Below are positions 20,061 to 30,258 of a stretch of 64,000 bases of DNA, one piece after another. The notes under the pieces are model-generated. The model made no database searches. It was given only the letters and a program-made list of their open reading frames with translations, and was not told the origin of the DNA. The stretch comes from Candidatus Latescibacterota bacterium (GTDB lineage Bacteria; Latescibacterota; UBA2968): contig OZ242311.1 in assembly GCA_965207885.1 (NCBI GenBank), positions 4,192,001-4,256,000 on the forward strand. The letters run 5' to 3'. Positions within the stretch are counted from its first letter, which is position 1. Each line of letters begins with the position of its first letter. The position numbers and the translations under genes were made by a program.

Positions 20061-22424
20061 TTATATCCCAAATCCCCCACGACGGTGTTCAAGTTTTATT
20101 TGCGGGATGTCCTTAATATTGATCTTAAAAAAGAACCCCTTATTAAAACCCGCGGGATACCACGAAAACCGCGCTTCCCAACAGTGCAGATCGCGGTAAA
20201 GCGATAGGCTTTGCGCCGAGATTTTGGCATCGGGCAGAACATCGATATTGATCGAATAGTCAATTCTTATAAATTGGCGAGGATTGATGCCAATATCTGC
20301 TTTGATCCAGGATGTTTTGCTCGTGGTATTGCCGAATCGCCGCATCGCAATATAATGAGAGAGATTGAATCGCCACGGCTGGCTGGCACCGCCAAAATCG
20401 CTGTACAAATCGCGTTCAAAGCCAAAATCTGCGCCATATCCCCCCCTGTATCCACCGCCATATCCAGCATCATATCCATCGTCATACCCAGGATCGTATC
20501 TATCAGGAAGAGCGGACTGGATAACCATATTGCCTCGTCCACCTTGACCACCGGAAAAACGGAAATTGGAGGTAATGGTCAGGTTCTGCAGACGCGGATG
20601 CAAAAGCGCCCGTTGGCCTGTGCTGTCATAGAGCGTATGGGTCATCGCAATGCGGACATCCACGCGGCGATCGGGTTTGAGAGACGCGCTGGTGCGAAGC
20701 GGTCGCCATTTTTGTCTCGGCGCGTCAAGATCGTATCCCGTTGACAAATTGAGCGTCGCCAGAGTAAAGCGACGCACATCGTCGTCGCGCTGAGTTTTGA
20801 GTTCAAAAGTATTGCCGATATTAAAATTTATGCTGCGTCTGGCATCGTCCCATCTGCGATTGCCTCCAAACCCCATTGTTCCTTGAAAGATGCTTCCCGA
20901 TTGGTTGTAATTGAAATTGAGCCGGGGCTGAAAGCGATGCCGAATGCCGCGCAACCGACCGATTTGCGGTTGGAATATGCCGTATAATGTCGTACCCGAA
21001 GTCAGCGCCGCGTTGTAAGACGTGCGTCGAGTTGTCGAATCGGTATCGCTATATATAAATTCTTCGCCAAAATTAAAGCCCGGCGTGAGATCGAGCCAGC
21101 CCAGAGGACGGTGTTGACTGTTGACAGTGACGCGATTTTGAATAGAGACGCGCTCTGTATTGGGTACCGGGTCGGGATTGCGCGCAAAATTATTGGATAG
21201 CGTACTCGAAAAACCATAGTAAAACGCGCGATACCACGGCCCCGTAACAGATGTGGGTTCATTACCTCCAAATATGCGGCGTCTGTTTTGTCGAAAGCTG
21301 AGGCGGGGAAAGCCCTGAAAGCTATTGTTTTTTGCCCTCAGGTCTCGGTAATACGTCAAGCTGCCGTCAATGCTGCGCCCGGATTCTGTCCAGCGTTTAT
21401 CAAAAGAAAAACTGGATCTCAATTGCCGATTGAGATAGCGATAGAGATTATTGCTATTGCGTCGGTCAAAATTGGTACTGGTGGAAAACTGCCCGCTCCC
21501 CCTGATATTGGTCGTGGCGTTGATGCGTTGCTGGTGTTGCAAATTGAAGCGCCAATTGTGGGCATTACCATCACCTGAAGTGTCGTGGTCGTATCCAATG
21601 TCCATTGAGCCGCTGAACCGATTGCGCCTGGCATAGGCAAATCGCGATTCGAGCAAAAATCCACCGCGCTCGCGCAAAGTGCTCTTAACCGTGGCATCCC
21701 AGTATTCACTCGGCGCAAAATAATATCCCACATTGTGAACAAAAATGCCATCGCGGCTGTTGCTGCCCACGCCCGGCGTGAGCAAGCCCGATTGCCGCCC
21801 GCGCTTGACTGGAAAAACGAAAAAGGGAACCCAGAAAATGGGAATCGGACCAATGCGAAAAGTAACAGACCGCCCAATCGCTTTGTCGTCTTGCAAAATA
21901 CGCACATTTTTGCACAAAAAATCGTAGTGTACATGGTCGCGATCACATGTGCTCAAAGAGAGATTCAGTGCATTTAATGCTTTTTGACCATCGAGTGCGA
22001 TATGGGCACCGCGATAGTGTTTGCGCTGATGTGACGCGCGTCCATCTCGCACGCTGCCGCGTTCTGTATCGAGGTCATAGACCATGTGCTCACCCGAAAT
22101 TTTCTCGCTACCGCGGGTAAATTGGGGTGGTCCCACGGTTTTTGCCCCAGTAGAATCGGGCAATGCGCGTGCTGTGACGTGCCGGGTGTTTTGATCGTAC
22201 GTGATATGATCGGCTTTGAGTTGCAGGTCGCGATAGCGCAAGGTGGCATTGCCGGTCAATTCCACGCGCCTGGTCTGCACGTGATAAACGACCTCGTCCG
22301 CGTCAAACCCTATAGAATCGCCAGCGGCTTTTTGCGGCAAAACAGGTTGGCACCATCCCGGCGCAATCGCAAATAACAGGAACAAAACGAGCCACACGGC
22401 TTGTGTTTTATTGTAGATATACAT
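20061..22424 (-). CDS. lptD: LPS-assembly outer-membrane protein LptD-like
   Basis: Signal-like N-terminus, OstA-like jellyroll (ADHITYD, STCD...HY), RQSGLLTP, C-terminal LYRDLHCWE barrel motif. Confidence 0.8.
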   Translation of the reverse strand: MYIYNKTQAVWLVLFLLFAIAPGWCQPVLPQKAAGDSIGFDADEVVYHVQTRRVELTGNATLRYRDLQLKADHITYDQNTRHVTARALPDSTGAKTVGPPQFTRGSEKISGEHMVYDLDTERGSVRDGRASHQRKHYRGAHIALDGQKALNALNLSLSTCDRDHVHYDFLCKNVRILQDDKAIGRSVTFRIGPIPIFWVPFFVFPVKRGRQSGLLTPGVGSNSRDGIFVHNVGYYFAPSEYWDATVKSTLRERGGFLLESRFAYARRNRFSGSMDIGYDHDTSGDGNAHNWRFNLQHQQRINATTNIRGSGQFSTSTNFDRRNSNNLYRYLNRQLRSSFSFDKRWTESGRSIDGSLTYYRDLRAKNNSFQGFPRLSFRQNRRRIFGGNEPTSVTGPWYRAFYYGFSSTLSNNFARNPDPVPNTERVSIQNRVTVNSQHRPLGWLDLTPGFNFGEEFIYSDTDSTTRRTSYNAALTSGTTLYGIFQPQIGRLRGIRHRFQPRLNFNYNQSGSIFQGTMGFGGNRRWDDARRSINFNIGNTFELKTQRDDDVRRFTLATLNLSTGYDLDAPRQKWRPLRTSASLKPDRRVDVRIAMTHTLYDSTGQRALLHPRLQNLTITSNFRFSGGQGGRGNMVIQSALPDRYDPGYDDGYDAGYGGGYRGGYGADFGFERDLYSDFGGASQPWRFNLSHYIAMRRFGNTTSKTSWIKADIGINPRQFIRIDYSINIDVLPDAKISAQSLSLYRDLHCWEARFSWYPAGFNKGFFFKINIKDIPQIKLEHRRGGFGI

Positions 22425-22624
22425 AGTTTTTAGAAATGTGTTGCGGATTTTTTGGAGTACAAACGTAAATTCGAGAATTGGAAAAGTCAACAGGGGTTCC
22501 TCGACGGAACCACTGGATTAATGCCTGGCCTCCTATCCTCTATAAAGAAGAAAATACGTCAATGGTTCCGTTTTTATTGATATATTTCAGCGGAACCTGT
22601 ATCTTTACTTTTCGCGGCAAATAT

Positions 22625-22711
22625 GCGGACGTGGTGGAATTGGCAGACACGCCAGATTTAGGATCTGGTGGGGTAAAACCCGTGGGGGTTCGAGTCCCCC
22701 CGTCCGCACCA
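22625..22711 (+). tRNA. tRNA-Leu(TAG)
   Basis: Acceptor stem GCGGACG/CGTCCGC, D-loop GGAATTGGCAGAC, anticodon arm CCAGA-TTTAGGA-TCTGG, long variable arm, GTTCGAGTC T-loop, encoded CCA. Confidence 0.97.
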
Positions 22712-22760
22712 AATAACAATCAGACGATGCGAGGCCCTACTCCTTGAATCGCTGGCGCGA

Positions 22761-22788
22761 GAACTCCCTTTGGGGAGCTTTTTTATTT
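22761..22788 (+). terminator. Probable intrinsic terminator after tRNA-Leu
   Basis: CTCCC-TTTG-GGGAG hairpin followed by T-rich tract. Confidence 0.55.
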
Positions 22789-22839
22789 ATTGTTTAACAG
22801 ATCCGATACCAATAAAAACAACGTGAAAGCGAGGAATTT

Positions 22840-24111
22840 GTGGCAACATTTTTGAATCGCGATCAAGTAAGAGCAATTCGAGCAGAATTTGGTACCCCGG
22901 TTTATGTTTACGACCAGCGCACGCTGGAAGCACAGGCCAAGGCGGTGTTAAACTTCCCCAATGCCTTTGGACTTACTGCGCGCTATGCGATGAAAGCATT
23001 GCCCAACAGCACCGTAATTCGCATCTTAACGCAAAAGGGTTTGCATATCGATGCCAGTAGTGGATATGAAGCCGAGCGCGCCATGCGGGCCGGTGTGCCT
23101 GGCCATCACATCATGCTTACGGCACAGCAGATACCAAAAAATTTGAAATACCTGATCGAGCAAGGTGTGATCTTTAATGCGTGTTCCCTGAATCAACTGC
23201 GAACTTATGGCGACCTGTTCTCTGGACGATCCCTTTCCGTGCGTATCAATCCCGGTATGGGGTCTGGGCACAGCAAACGCACTAACGTGGGGGGACCTGC
23301 GGCGAGTTTTGGGATCTGGCATGAATATATCTCCGATGTCCATGAAATTTGCAAACAACGCGATTTGACAATAACGACCATGCATACGCATATCGGGTCG
23401 GGCAGCGATCCCGAAGTGTGGGAGCGCGTCGCGTTGATGTCATTGAAAATTTGCGTTGGATTTGAAAACACCACCACATTGAGCCTGGGAGGCGGGTACA
23501 AGATTGGGCGCATACCGGGCGAAGTATCGACGGATTTGCAGGTAATCGGGCAACATGTGGCCGAAGCCTTTGAAATGACCGCGAGACAAACAGGACGGCC
23601 GTTGCGTTTAGAAGTGGAACCCGGCACATATCTGGTCGCAAATGCCGGCGCAATCGTTGCAACGGCGATTGATGTGGTAGATACCGGAAAAGACGGGTAC
23701 AAATTTATCAAAACCGATACCGGGATGACCGAAGTGATTCGCCCGAGCATGTACGGGGCACAGCACCCTATTGCCGTGGTGCCCACCAAGGAAGAAGAAC
23801 GCGGAATGGACGAATATATCGTGGTAGGACATTGTTGTGAAAGTGGCGACGTATTAACTCCGGCACCCGACGATCCCGAAGGTTTGCAGCCCCGGATGTT
23901 GACACAGACAAAAGAGGGAGACGCAGTGGTCATTGACGGAGCGGGAGCGTATTGTGCGGGCATGTCGTCTAAAAATTACAACTCCTTTCCCGAAGCGGCC
24001 GAAGTATTATTGGACAGAGACGGCGCATTGCACTTAATTCGGAAACGCCAGACACTGGATCAGGTCCTGGAAAATGAAATTGTACCGGATTTTTTGACCA
24101 CTAAGAGCTAA
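22840..24111 (+). CDS. lysA: Diaminopimelate decarboxylase
   Basis: FGTPVYVYD, YAMKA PLP lysine, HIGSG, GGG, EPG, CESGD, GAYCAGMSSKNYNS. Confidence 0.92.
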   Translation: MATFLNRDQVRAIRAEFGTPVYVYDQRTLEAQAKAVLNFPNAFGLTARYAMKALPNSTVIRILTQKGLHIDASSGYEAERAMRAGVPGHHIMLTAQQIPKNLKYLIEQGVIFNACSLNQLRTYGDLFSGRSLSVRINPGMGSGHSKRTNVGGPAASFGIWHEYISDVHEICKQRDLTITTMHTHIGSGSDPEVWERVALMSLKICVGFENTTTLSLGGGYKIGRIPGEVSTDLQVIGQHVAEAFEMTARQTGRPLRLEVEPGTYLVANAGAIVATAIDVVDTGKDGYKFIKTDTGMTEVIRPSMYGAQHPIAVVPTKEEERGMDEYIVVGHCCESGDVLTPAPDDPEGLQPRMLTQTKEGDAVVIDGAGAYCAGMSSKNYNSFPEAAEVLLDRDGALHLIRKRQTLDQVLENEIVPDFLTTKS

Positions 24112-24114
24112 TCT

Positions 24115-25254
24115 ATGACTTATGACGCAATTGTATTGGGTGCAGGAATCAATGGATGCGGCATTGCGCGTGAACTCGCCGAACGCGGACAACGGGTGCT
24201 GGTGCTGGACAAGGGAGCGATTGGCGGGGGCACATCGTCCAAATCGTCGCGATTGATCCACGGTGGATTGCGCTATTTGGAAACGCGACAATTTGGGCTG
24301 GTGCGAGAGGCTTTGAGTGATCGACTGGAGCTTTTGGGACGCTATCCCGAACTGGTCTCAATGCGACCGTTTTATCTGCCAATCTATCGCAAGAGCCCGC
24401 GTCCCGTCTGGAGGTTGTGGACGGGTATCAAGCTCTACGACGCACTGGCTGGGCGGCACAATATCTATCGGTCACGTAAAGTCCCTCGAAAGCTATTTAC
24501 CCGCGAATTTCCCGCATTAAAGCGAGAAGGAATTCGGGCAGTACTGCGCTATTACGACGGCAAGACAAACGATCTCGCACTCACAAAGCGCGTGGCAGAA
24601 GATGCGCAAGAACTGGGATGCGTATTTCGCGAAGGGATAGACGTTCAACATGTGGCCTGGGATGAAAGTGGGTTTGCCGTGTTGGTCGAAGAAAAAAAAT
24701 ATCGCAGTCACACCCTGATCAATGCAACGGGACCGTGGATTGATGAAGTCATAGCGCGCTATCAGTTCCCCTCGCGATTTCAGATTCGTAAAGTGAGCGG
24801 TATTCACATTTTTGTAGATAAACTGCTCACACCCCACCCCTTGTTTTTACAAACCCAGGGCAAGCGCATCTTTTTTCTTATCCCCGAGCCAGAACGCGAC
24901 CAGACAATAATTGGCACAACCGAGCGCGAAGAGCGAGGACGCGTAGATGACGTCGTGATTCAGGAGGAAGATATCGATTATTTGATTCGGGCAGTAAATG
25001 CGTACCTGACGCCAAACTGCCAGCTTCAGCACGCGGATATCACAGATGCCACTGTGGGGGTTCGTCCCCTCGTAGAAAAAAAAGGCGACGCAACCGTGCT
25101 CTCGCGGGAATACGAACTGGATTTGCACACGCGCGGGCAAACCCAATTCCTCAATATATTCGGCGGAAAACTGACGACGTACTTATCGCTATCGCGCCGA
25201 GTCGCTAAAACACTCGGCATCAAAGAAATCGCATCGATGGCACTACGCGCTTAA
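24115..25254 (+). CDS. Short glycerol-3-phosphate dehydrogenase/oxidase-like flavoprotein
   Basis: GAGING, GTSSKSSRLIHGGLRYLE, INATGPW, GTTE, GVRPL, GGKLTTY. Confidence 0.8.
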   Translation: MTYDAIVLGAGINGCGIARELAERGQRVLVLDKGAIGGGTSSKSSRLIHGGLRYLETRQFGLVREALSDRLELLGRYPELVSMRPFYLPIYRKSPRPVWRLWTGIKLYDALAGRHNIYRSRKVPRKLFTREFPALKREGIRAVLRYYDGKTNDLALTKRVAEDAQELGCVFREGIDVQHVAWDESGFAVLVEEKKYRSHTLINATGPWIDEVIARYQFPSRFQIRKVSGIHIFVDKLLTPHPLFLQTQGKRIFFLIPEPERDQTIIGTTEREERGRVDDVVIQEEDIDYLIRAVNAYLTPNCQLQHADITDATVGVRPLVEKKGDATVLSREYELDLHTRGQTQFLNIFGGKLTTYLSLSRRVAKTLGIKEIASMALRA

Positions 25255-25267
25255 TCGGAGAAAATAG

Positions 25268-26683
25268 ATGCTCAAAAAATTAGACAACTTCAAAACAGCC
25301 GTTCTGCCCGAGCGCAAATTTGGCTTCTGGCAAATGGCGGGACCGGGTGCCATCCTGGTCGGGCTGTCCATCGGCGCAGGCGAGATCATTGTGTGGCCTC
25401 TTGTAGTCGCTGAATATGGGGCGAGTATGATCTGGGCTGCGGTACTCGGTGTGTTTTTGCAAATGTGGATCAACTTTGAGGTCGGGCGATGGACAATAGC
25501 CACGGGCGAGACAGTATATACGGGATTTGCGCGTGTGTGGCGCGGCTTTGCACCACTATTTATTTTAATCACATTATTCTCCTGGATCGCCCCGGGATGG
25601 GGACGCGCTTCGGGATTAGCCCTCAAAGCTCTGCTCGTCGGTCCTTATGGTTGGGGCTCGGATACATTTTGGACCGTGATTACATTTATCGGCGTCGCAC
25701 TAATTTTATTTGGCCCCAAGCTCATTTACAATTCAATGGAAAAAGCCGTTGAACTGATGGTGGCGATTGTCACCATAGGATTAATTATGGTGGCTTTTGC
25801 CGTGAGCACGGCAGAAACGTGGATCGACCTGGGAAAAGGAATCGCGAACATCGGTTACAAAGATCCAAATATGTCCGTAAAGGCACTATTCATCGCCATC
25901 GTATTTGCCGGAGCTGGGGGAACAGCAAATTTGTTTTACACCTTTTATTTGCGCGATAAACACATCGGCATGGGCGCACATGTGCCAATCATGCAAAATC
26001 CATTGCGGAGCCGCGCAGAAGCCATACCGTCAACCGGATTTGTATTTGAAGACACAGAAGAAAACGCGACGAGGTTCAAGGCGTGGTGGGATTATATAAA
26101 AAAAGATCAGATGTTGTTTTTCTGGGGATTAAACTCCATTACAATGATGTTATTCATCTTTGGATCCCTCGCAGTCCTGCATCCCCAGGGCATCGTGCCT
26201 GCGCAAGGCACGCTGATTTGGGACGAAGCCGCTATTCTGGGCGAAATTTGGGGCGACATGGGCCGCGTGATCTTTCTCCTGGTGGGGCTGGCAACGCTAT
26301 TTGGCACACAACTCGCCCTCGTGGATGGGGTCTCGCGATCAATAGCAGACATTGTATATACCAATTTTAAGGGCGCGCAAAAACGAGAACTGAGCTGGTG
26401 GTATCTTCTCGTCGCGGGAATATGGATTGTGGCAGGATGTGTGATCACTTTTGTGATGGAACAATACGGTGTAAGTGAGTTGGGCTTTCTATTCAATGCG
26501 GCCTATATGGGCGGATTTGCCATGGCGATTTACGTGCCACTGATGCTATACATCAATTATCGCTACTTGCCAAAAACCGCCCAACCTGGCAAAGGGTGTA
26601 CCGCGATGATGGTAATTGCATCACTGGTATATGTAGTATTTGCCATAGCCTGTATTTTGTGGGAAGTGGGTATTTTGGCTTAA
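25268..26683 (+). CDS. NRAMP-like (APC superfamily) transporter
   Basis: GPGAILVGLSIGAGE motif; about 11 TM helices. Confidence 0.7.
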   Translation: MLKKLDNFKTAVLPERKFGFWQMAGPGAILVGLSIGAGEIIVWPLVVAEYGASMIWAAVLGVFLQMWINFEVGRWTIATGETVYTGFARVWRGFAPLFILITLFSWIAPGWGRASGLALKALLVGPYGWGSDTFWTVITFIGVALILFGPKLIYNSMEKAVELMVAIVTIGLIMVAFAVSTAETWIDLGKGIANIGYKDPNMSVKALFIAIVFAGAGGTANLFYTFYLRDKHIGMGAHVPIMQNPLRSRAEAIPSTGFVFEDTEENATRFKAWWDYIKKDQMLFFWGLNSITMMLFIFGSLAVLHPQGIVPAQGTLIWDEAAILGEIWGDMGRVIFLLVGLATLFGTQLALVDGVSRSIADIVYTNFKGAQKRELSWWYLLVAGIWIVAGCVITFVMEQYGVSELGFLFNAAYMGGFAMAIYVPLMLYINYRYLPKTAQPGKGCTAMMVIASLVYVVFAIACILWEVGILA

Positions 26684-26697
26684 AAAGGAAGGGACCA

Positions 26698-27783
26698 ATG
26701 GACAGACGCAAACGCTTCTTCTCGCCTTATGAATCTATTTTTGCGTGGATGCGGGCGACAAAATCCGAACTAACTTTTGATGGACAGACTGTGGATGACT
26801 GGCGTCTGTGGCGTCGAAAATTCCGCGCGCGATTGACGAAAAATCTGGGACCAATGCCAGAACGCGTGCCCCTTCGGGCAGAAGTGCTACGCCGGGACGA
26901 CATGGGCGATTACGTGCGCGAAAAAGTCGCGTTTGACACAGAGCAGTTTGCCAGTGTCCCCGCATTTGTACTGGTGCCAAAGGGACTGAAGCGCGGCGAA
27001 AAGCGTCCGGGGATTCTGGCGGCACACGGCCATGGAATAGGCAAAAATCCACTCGTGGGTTTGGACGCAGATGAAAAGCCACACGAGGATTATCAGAAGC
27101 AGTTGGGTATCCAACTCGTGCAGCGAGGCTATGTGGTCATCGCACCGGATTGGCGCGGATTTGGCGAGCGGATGAGCCCCGAAGATTGGGTGCGCCAAAC
27201 GCGCGACAAGTGCAACGTAAATTACATGGCAGAAGGGTATCGCGGATATCACCTTTTGGCATTGCAAATCTGGGATGGGTTTCGCACACTGGATTATTTA
27301 CAGGCGCGCCGAGAAGTGAATGAAAAGCGAATCGGGTGTTTGGGCGTGTCATTTGGCGGCACAATGACGACCTATTTGACCGCTCTGGATCAGCGGATCA
27401 AATGCGCGTGTATCAGCGGATATCTCAGCACATTGCGAGAAGGCGCGATGCCCGGAAGAGCAAATTTTTGCGGTGCGCAATATATGCCGGGGTTGATGGC
27501 GATCGGCGATATTTCCGATGTTGCGGGTTTGATCGCGCCACGACCTCTGGTCGTGGAGATGGGCGAACGCGATCCGGGCTTTCAAATCGCAGATGCTGAA
27601 CGGGCATTTCGCCACCTGTCAAAAATCTATCGCGCGGCAGATGCACGCGATCAGTTGGTAAAAGATCGATTTGATGGGGTCCACGAATTTAGTGGCCACA
27701 AGTGTTTGGATATATTTGATAAATATCTGCATGGTACACGACAAAACTTAAATTGTTTTAAACAGTGGCGGATTACTCAGTAA
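26698..27783 (+). CDS. Alpha/beta hydrolase (dienelactone hydrolase/acetylxylan-esterase-like); C-terminus altered by IS insertion
   Basis: HGHG, PDWRGFGER, nucleophile elbow GVSFGG, LIAPRPL, GVHEF; native end would be DKYLKE* using 28928-28945. Confidence 0.82.
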   Translation: MDRRKRFFSPYESIFAWMRATKSELTFDGQTVDDWRLWRRKFRARLTKNLGPMPERVPLRAEVLRRDDMGDYVREKVAFDTEQFASVPAFVLVPKGLKRGEKRPGILAAHGHGIGKNPLVGLDADEKPHEDYQKQLGIQLVQRGYVVIAPDWRGFGERMSPEDWVRQTRDKCNVNYMAEGYRGYHLLALQIWDGFRTLDYLQARREVNEKRIGCLGVSFGGTMTTYLTALDQRIKCACISGYLSTLREGAMPGRANFCGAQYMPGLMAIGDISDVAGLIAPRPLVVEMGERDPGFQIADAERAFRHLSKIYRAADARDQLVKDRFDGVHEFSGHKCLDIFDKYLHGTRQNLNCFKQWRITQ

Positions 27784-28927
27784 ACGAATGCATATGAGGA
27801 ACTGTTGGGTTTGTTGGTTTATATTGAGCAGGACATACTGCAAATAGTCCAACCCATATCGGAAGAGACTTTTCTCCATCCGCCCGTGATTTTTGATCGT
27901 CAAAGGATTTGTTTTTGCTATCCATTCGCCGATGATATGCGCCCAGATGCAGGCAATGGCCAAAAGCGCGATGAGTTTCTCAATGCGGTCTTGATGTATA
28001 AGATGGGTCTCTTCCAGATTAAATCCTCGACTTTTAAGATTGGCAAAAAGGACTTCAATGCCCCATCGTTTTTTATAGGTATCCAATGCGGCTTGACCTT
28101 TTTGGTTGCTGGCAAGAATGAGGTATTGGTCCTTCAATCTTAGTGCAGACAGATATACAGGCAGGTCATAAACGCGGTGGCGTTTGCACAAGTTGACCTG
28201 CTGATGGATATTAAGATTTTCAAACCGTTTTCTTATGGGGATCTCTCTACCGCCTGATGAGACAAGAGCGTTTTCCTTGATGCGAATAACAAAGGGTATA
28301 TTTTGTGTGTCTAACCACCTAAACCATTCTCTTCCAATAAATTCTCTGTCTGCGACGACAACGCGGATATGCGATTTGCAGATGCAGTTGAGCATTTCTT
28401 GCATCAAATGGATACGCTCATCACTATTGGAATTGCCCCGTTTTTTTAACAAGTGCCAACAGATAGGAAAGGCGACCCCTTCATAGATAATGCCTGCGGT
28501 TAGGATGTTGATATTGAATTTTCCCAACTTCCAATTGGTGCGATCTATTGAGACTATAAAATCCGACTTTATAGGTAATAAGTGCAAGATCAATTGTCTC
28601 ACACACGCATAGGGTAAGGCAAAGTGGGCAAAGAAGCGTTGGATACGACGATAATTAGATTTCTGCTTGACGGTTCCATTGAGTGCGTTTGCCAGTTTCA
28701 TAAAATTGACGCTACGCAATTTTATCAGCGACAATATGAACGCAGCGGTAAACGTTATTCGGGCTTTATGCCAGTGAAAATATCCTTGCATAATCGTTTG
28801 AAGTTCAATAGTTTCAGGAGACATAGACCTGTGCCTTGTTAAGATGAGAAAGGTTTGTCTTGGGACATTCAAACCTAACTCTTTTTAGCTTTTTTCACAG
28901 GTCTTTTATTTTTTGTCGTGTACTATG
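27730..28927 (-). mobile_element. Complete IS4-family (IS10/ISAba1-like) insertion sequence, 1198 bp
   Basis: TIRs CATGGTACACGACAAAA and CATAGTACACGACAAAA (16/17); 9-bp target duplication AAATATCTG at 27721-27729 and 28928-28936. Confidence 0.93.
27748..28824 (-). CDS. IS4-family DDE transposase
   Basis: IDRTNW, ADREFIG, YKKRWGIEVLFANLKSRGFNLE (YREK motif). Confidence 0.93.
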   Translation of the reverse strand: MSPETIELQTIMQGYFHWHKARITFTAAFILSLIKLRSVNFMKLANALNGTVKQKSNYRRIQRFFAHFALPYACVRQLILHLLPIKSDFIVSIDRTNWKLGKFNINILTAGIIYEGVAFPICWHLLKKRGNSNSDERIHLMQEMLNCICKSHIRVVVADREFIGREWFRWLDTQNIPFVIRIKENALVSSGGREIPIRKRFENLNIHQQVNLCKRHRVYDLPVYLSALRLKDQYLILASNQKGQAALDTYKKRWGIEVLFANLKSRGFNLEETHLIHQDRIEKLIALLAIACIWAHIIGEWIAKTNPLTIKNHGRMEKSLFRYGLDYLQYVLLNINQQTQQFLICIRLLSNPPLFKTI

Positions 28928-28993
28928 AAATATCTGAAGGAATAAGACAGCATATCGCGGTTTTCTTCCCTATTGATTTGCCGGGAGATCTTT

Positions 28994-30145
28994 ATGCCCA
29001 GAGAGCCAGAAGCATCGTGGGAAAATGGGATTCGCAGCGTACGCCGCGATGAAATGGGGCGTTTGTGTCAGCTACTCGACAACGTATTTTTTGAGGGGCT
29101 GTCAGATATGCAACCACACGCCTTCAACGACGATAATATGCACAATTTGCGCGTGGTCGTAGAAAACGGCGAAGTCGTATCACACATCGGCACAATTCGG
29201 CGGGACATATCCATTATGGGATGCACACTCCGCGTAGCGTCTCTGGGAGGGGTGGCGACTTACGAAGCCCATCGGGGTAAGGGCCATGCCACAGAACTCT
29301 TGCGAGATACCATGCATCACTGCCGCAAAGATGGCGTGGATTATATCCTGGTATCGGGATATCGCAACATGTACCACCGATATGGGTGTCGATATGTGGG
29401 CCGAGACTGGATATATCACATCGAGCATGAGCGGGCAAACGATTTTGACGATACAACCTGGACGATAACACAGGCATCAAAAGCAGATGTCGAAACAATT
29501 GGAGCCATTTACCGGCGTGAACCCGTACGCTGGTTGCGTCCGCCTTCGGATATCGCCTTTGGCATAGATGGATGGGTGCAGAACCGCCCGGCAAAAACCT
29601 ATCTGATCCATCGGGGTGATCAACCCGTTGCTTTTGGAGTTATACAACAGGCACGCGAACGAGATGCAGGACAAGTGTACTTGCTCGATTACGCGGGTGA
29701 GCGGTCTGCAATCGTCGGCGCATTGGGCAAATTTATCGACAATCAGCATTTGAATCAGTTGTCTTTGCACGTCAAGAGATTCGACACCGTATTGCGCGGC
29801 CTGCTCGAAGCGCGCGATTTGACTAGTGAACCAGCCAATCTGCCCGGCACGACCATGATCATTCACTTTGAACAGTTGCTCGAAAAAATGCGCCCCTATT
29901 TTGTCGAGCGCGTCGGAGAACACGCTGCCCAGGGGTTGGTATTTCGGGAAGTGGGTGATGAATATCACATCTACTACGGCGGCGACCGCGTGGTCGCCGA
30001 AAGCCGAGGTGCAGTGGCACAGCTAATTTTTGGAACCCTGGAAGAAACCGAGAACGCGATGTTAGATGCAGGCGGACGCGCTGGCGAGATCTTGCGCGCC
30101 TGCTTGCCGATCCCCGGGGTTTGGTACGGGGTGAATCATCTCTGA
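28994..30145 (+). CDS. Eis-like GNAT acetyltransferase
   Basis: LGGVATYEAHRGKGHA acetyl-CoA motif; tandem GNAT-sized architecture. Confidence 0.75.
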   Translation: MPREPEASWENGIRSVRRDEMGRLCQLLDNVFFEGLSDMQPHAFNDDNMHNLRVVVENGEVVSHIGTIRRDISIMGCTLRVASLGGVATYEAHRGKGHATELLRDTMHHCRKDGVDYILVSGYRNMYHRYGCRYVGRDWIYHIEHERANDFDDTTWTITQASKADVETIGAIYRREPVRWLRPPSDIAFGIDGWVQNRPAKTYLIHRGDQPVAFGVIQQARERDAGQVYLLDYAGERSAIVGALGKFIDNQHLNQLSLHVKRFDTVLRGLLEARDLTSEPANLPGTTMIIHFEQLLEKMRPYFVERVGEHAAQGLVFREVGDEYHIYYGGDRVVAESRGAVAQLIFGTLEETENAMLDAGGRAGEILRACLPIPGVWYGVNHL

Positions 30146-30258
30146 GTTCGCCAAATAACTGCTCCGCATCTCAAACTTTATTTTATCTTGCTATCTATTA
30201 TTGTGTGCCTTATACTTACGGTGCACATCGGATACTCACAAACAGTAAGGATATTTTC

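Noticed and set aside
22503-22571. Imperfect inverted repeat ACGGAACCA...TGGTTCCGT between lptD and the tRNA
   Set aside because: Single short occurrence with no target duplication; cannot be distinguished from chance or an operator
22625-22711. tRNA-Leu as an integration site
   Set aside because: No duplicated tRNA 3' end and no integrase seen in the window
22712-22839. Possible lysine riboswitch upstream of lysA
   Set aside because: Too short and lacks L-box consensus; the hairpin is better explained as the tRNA terminator
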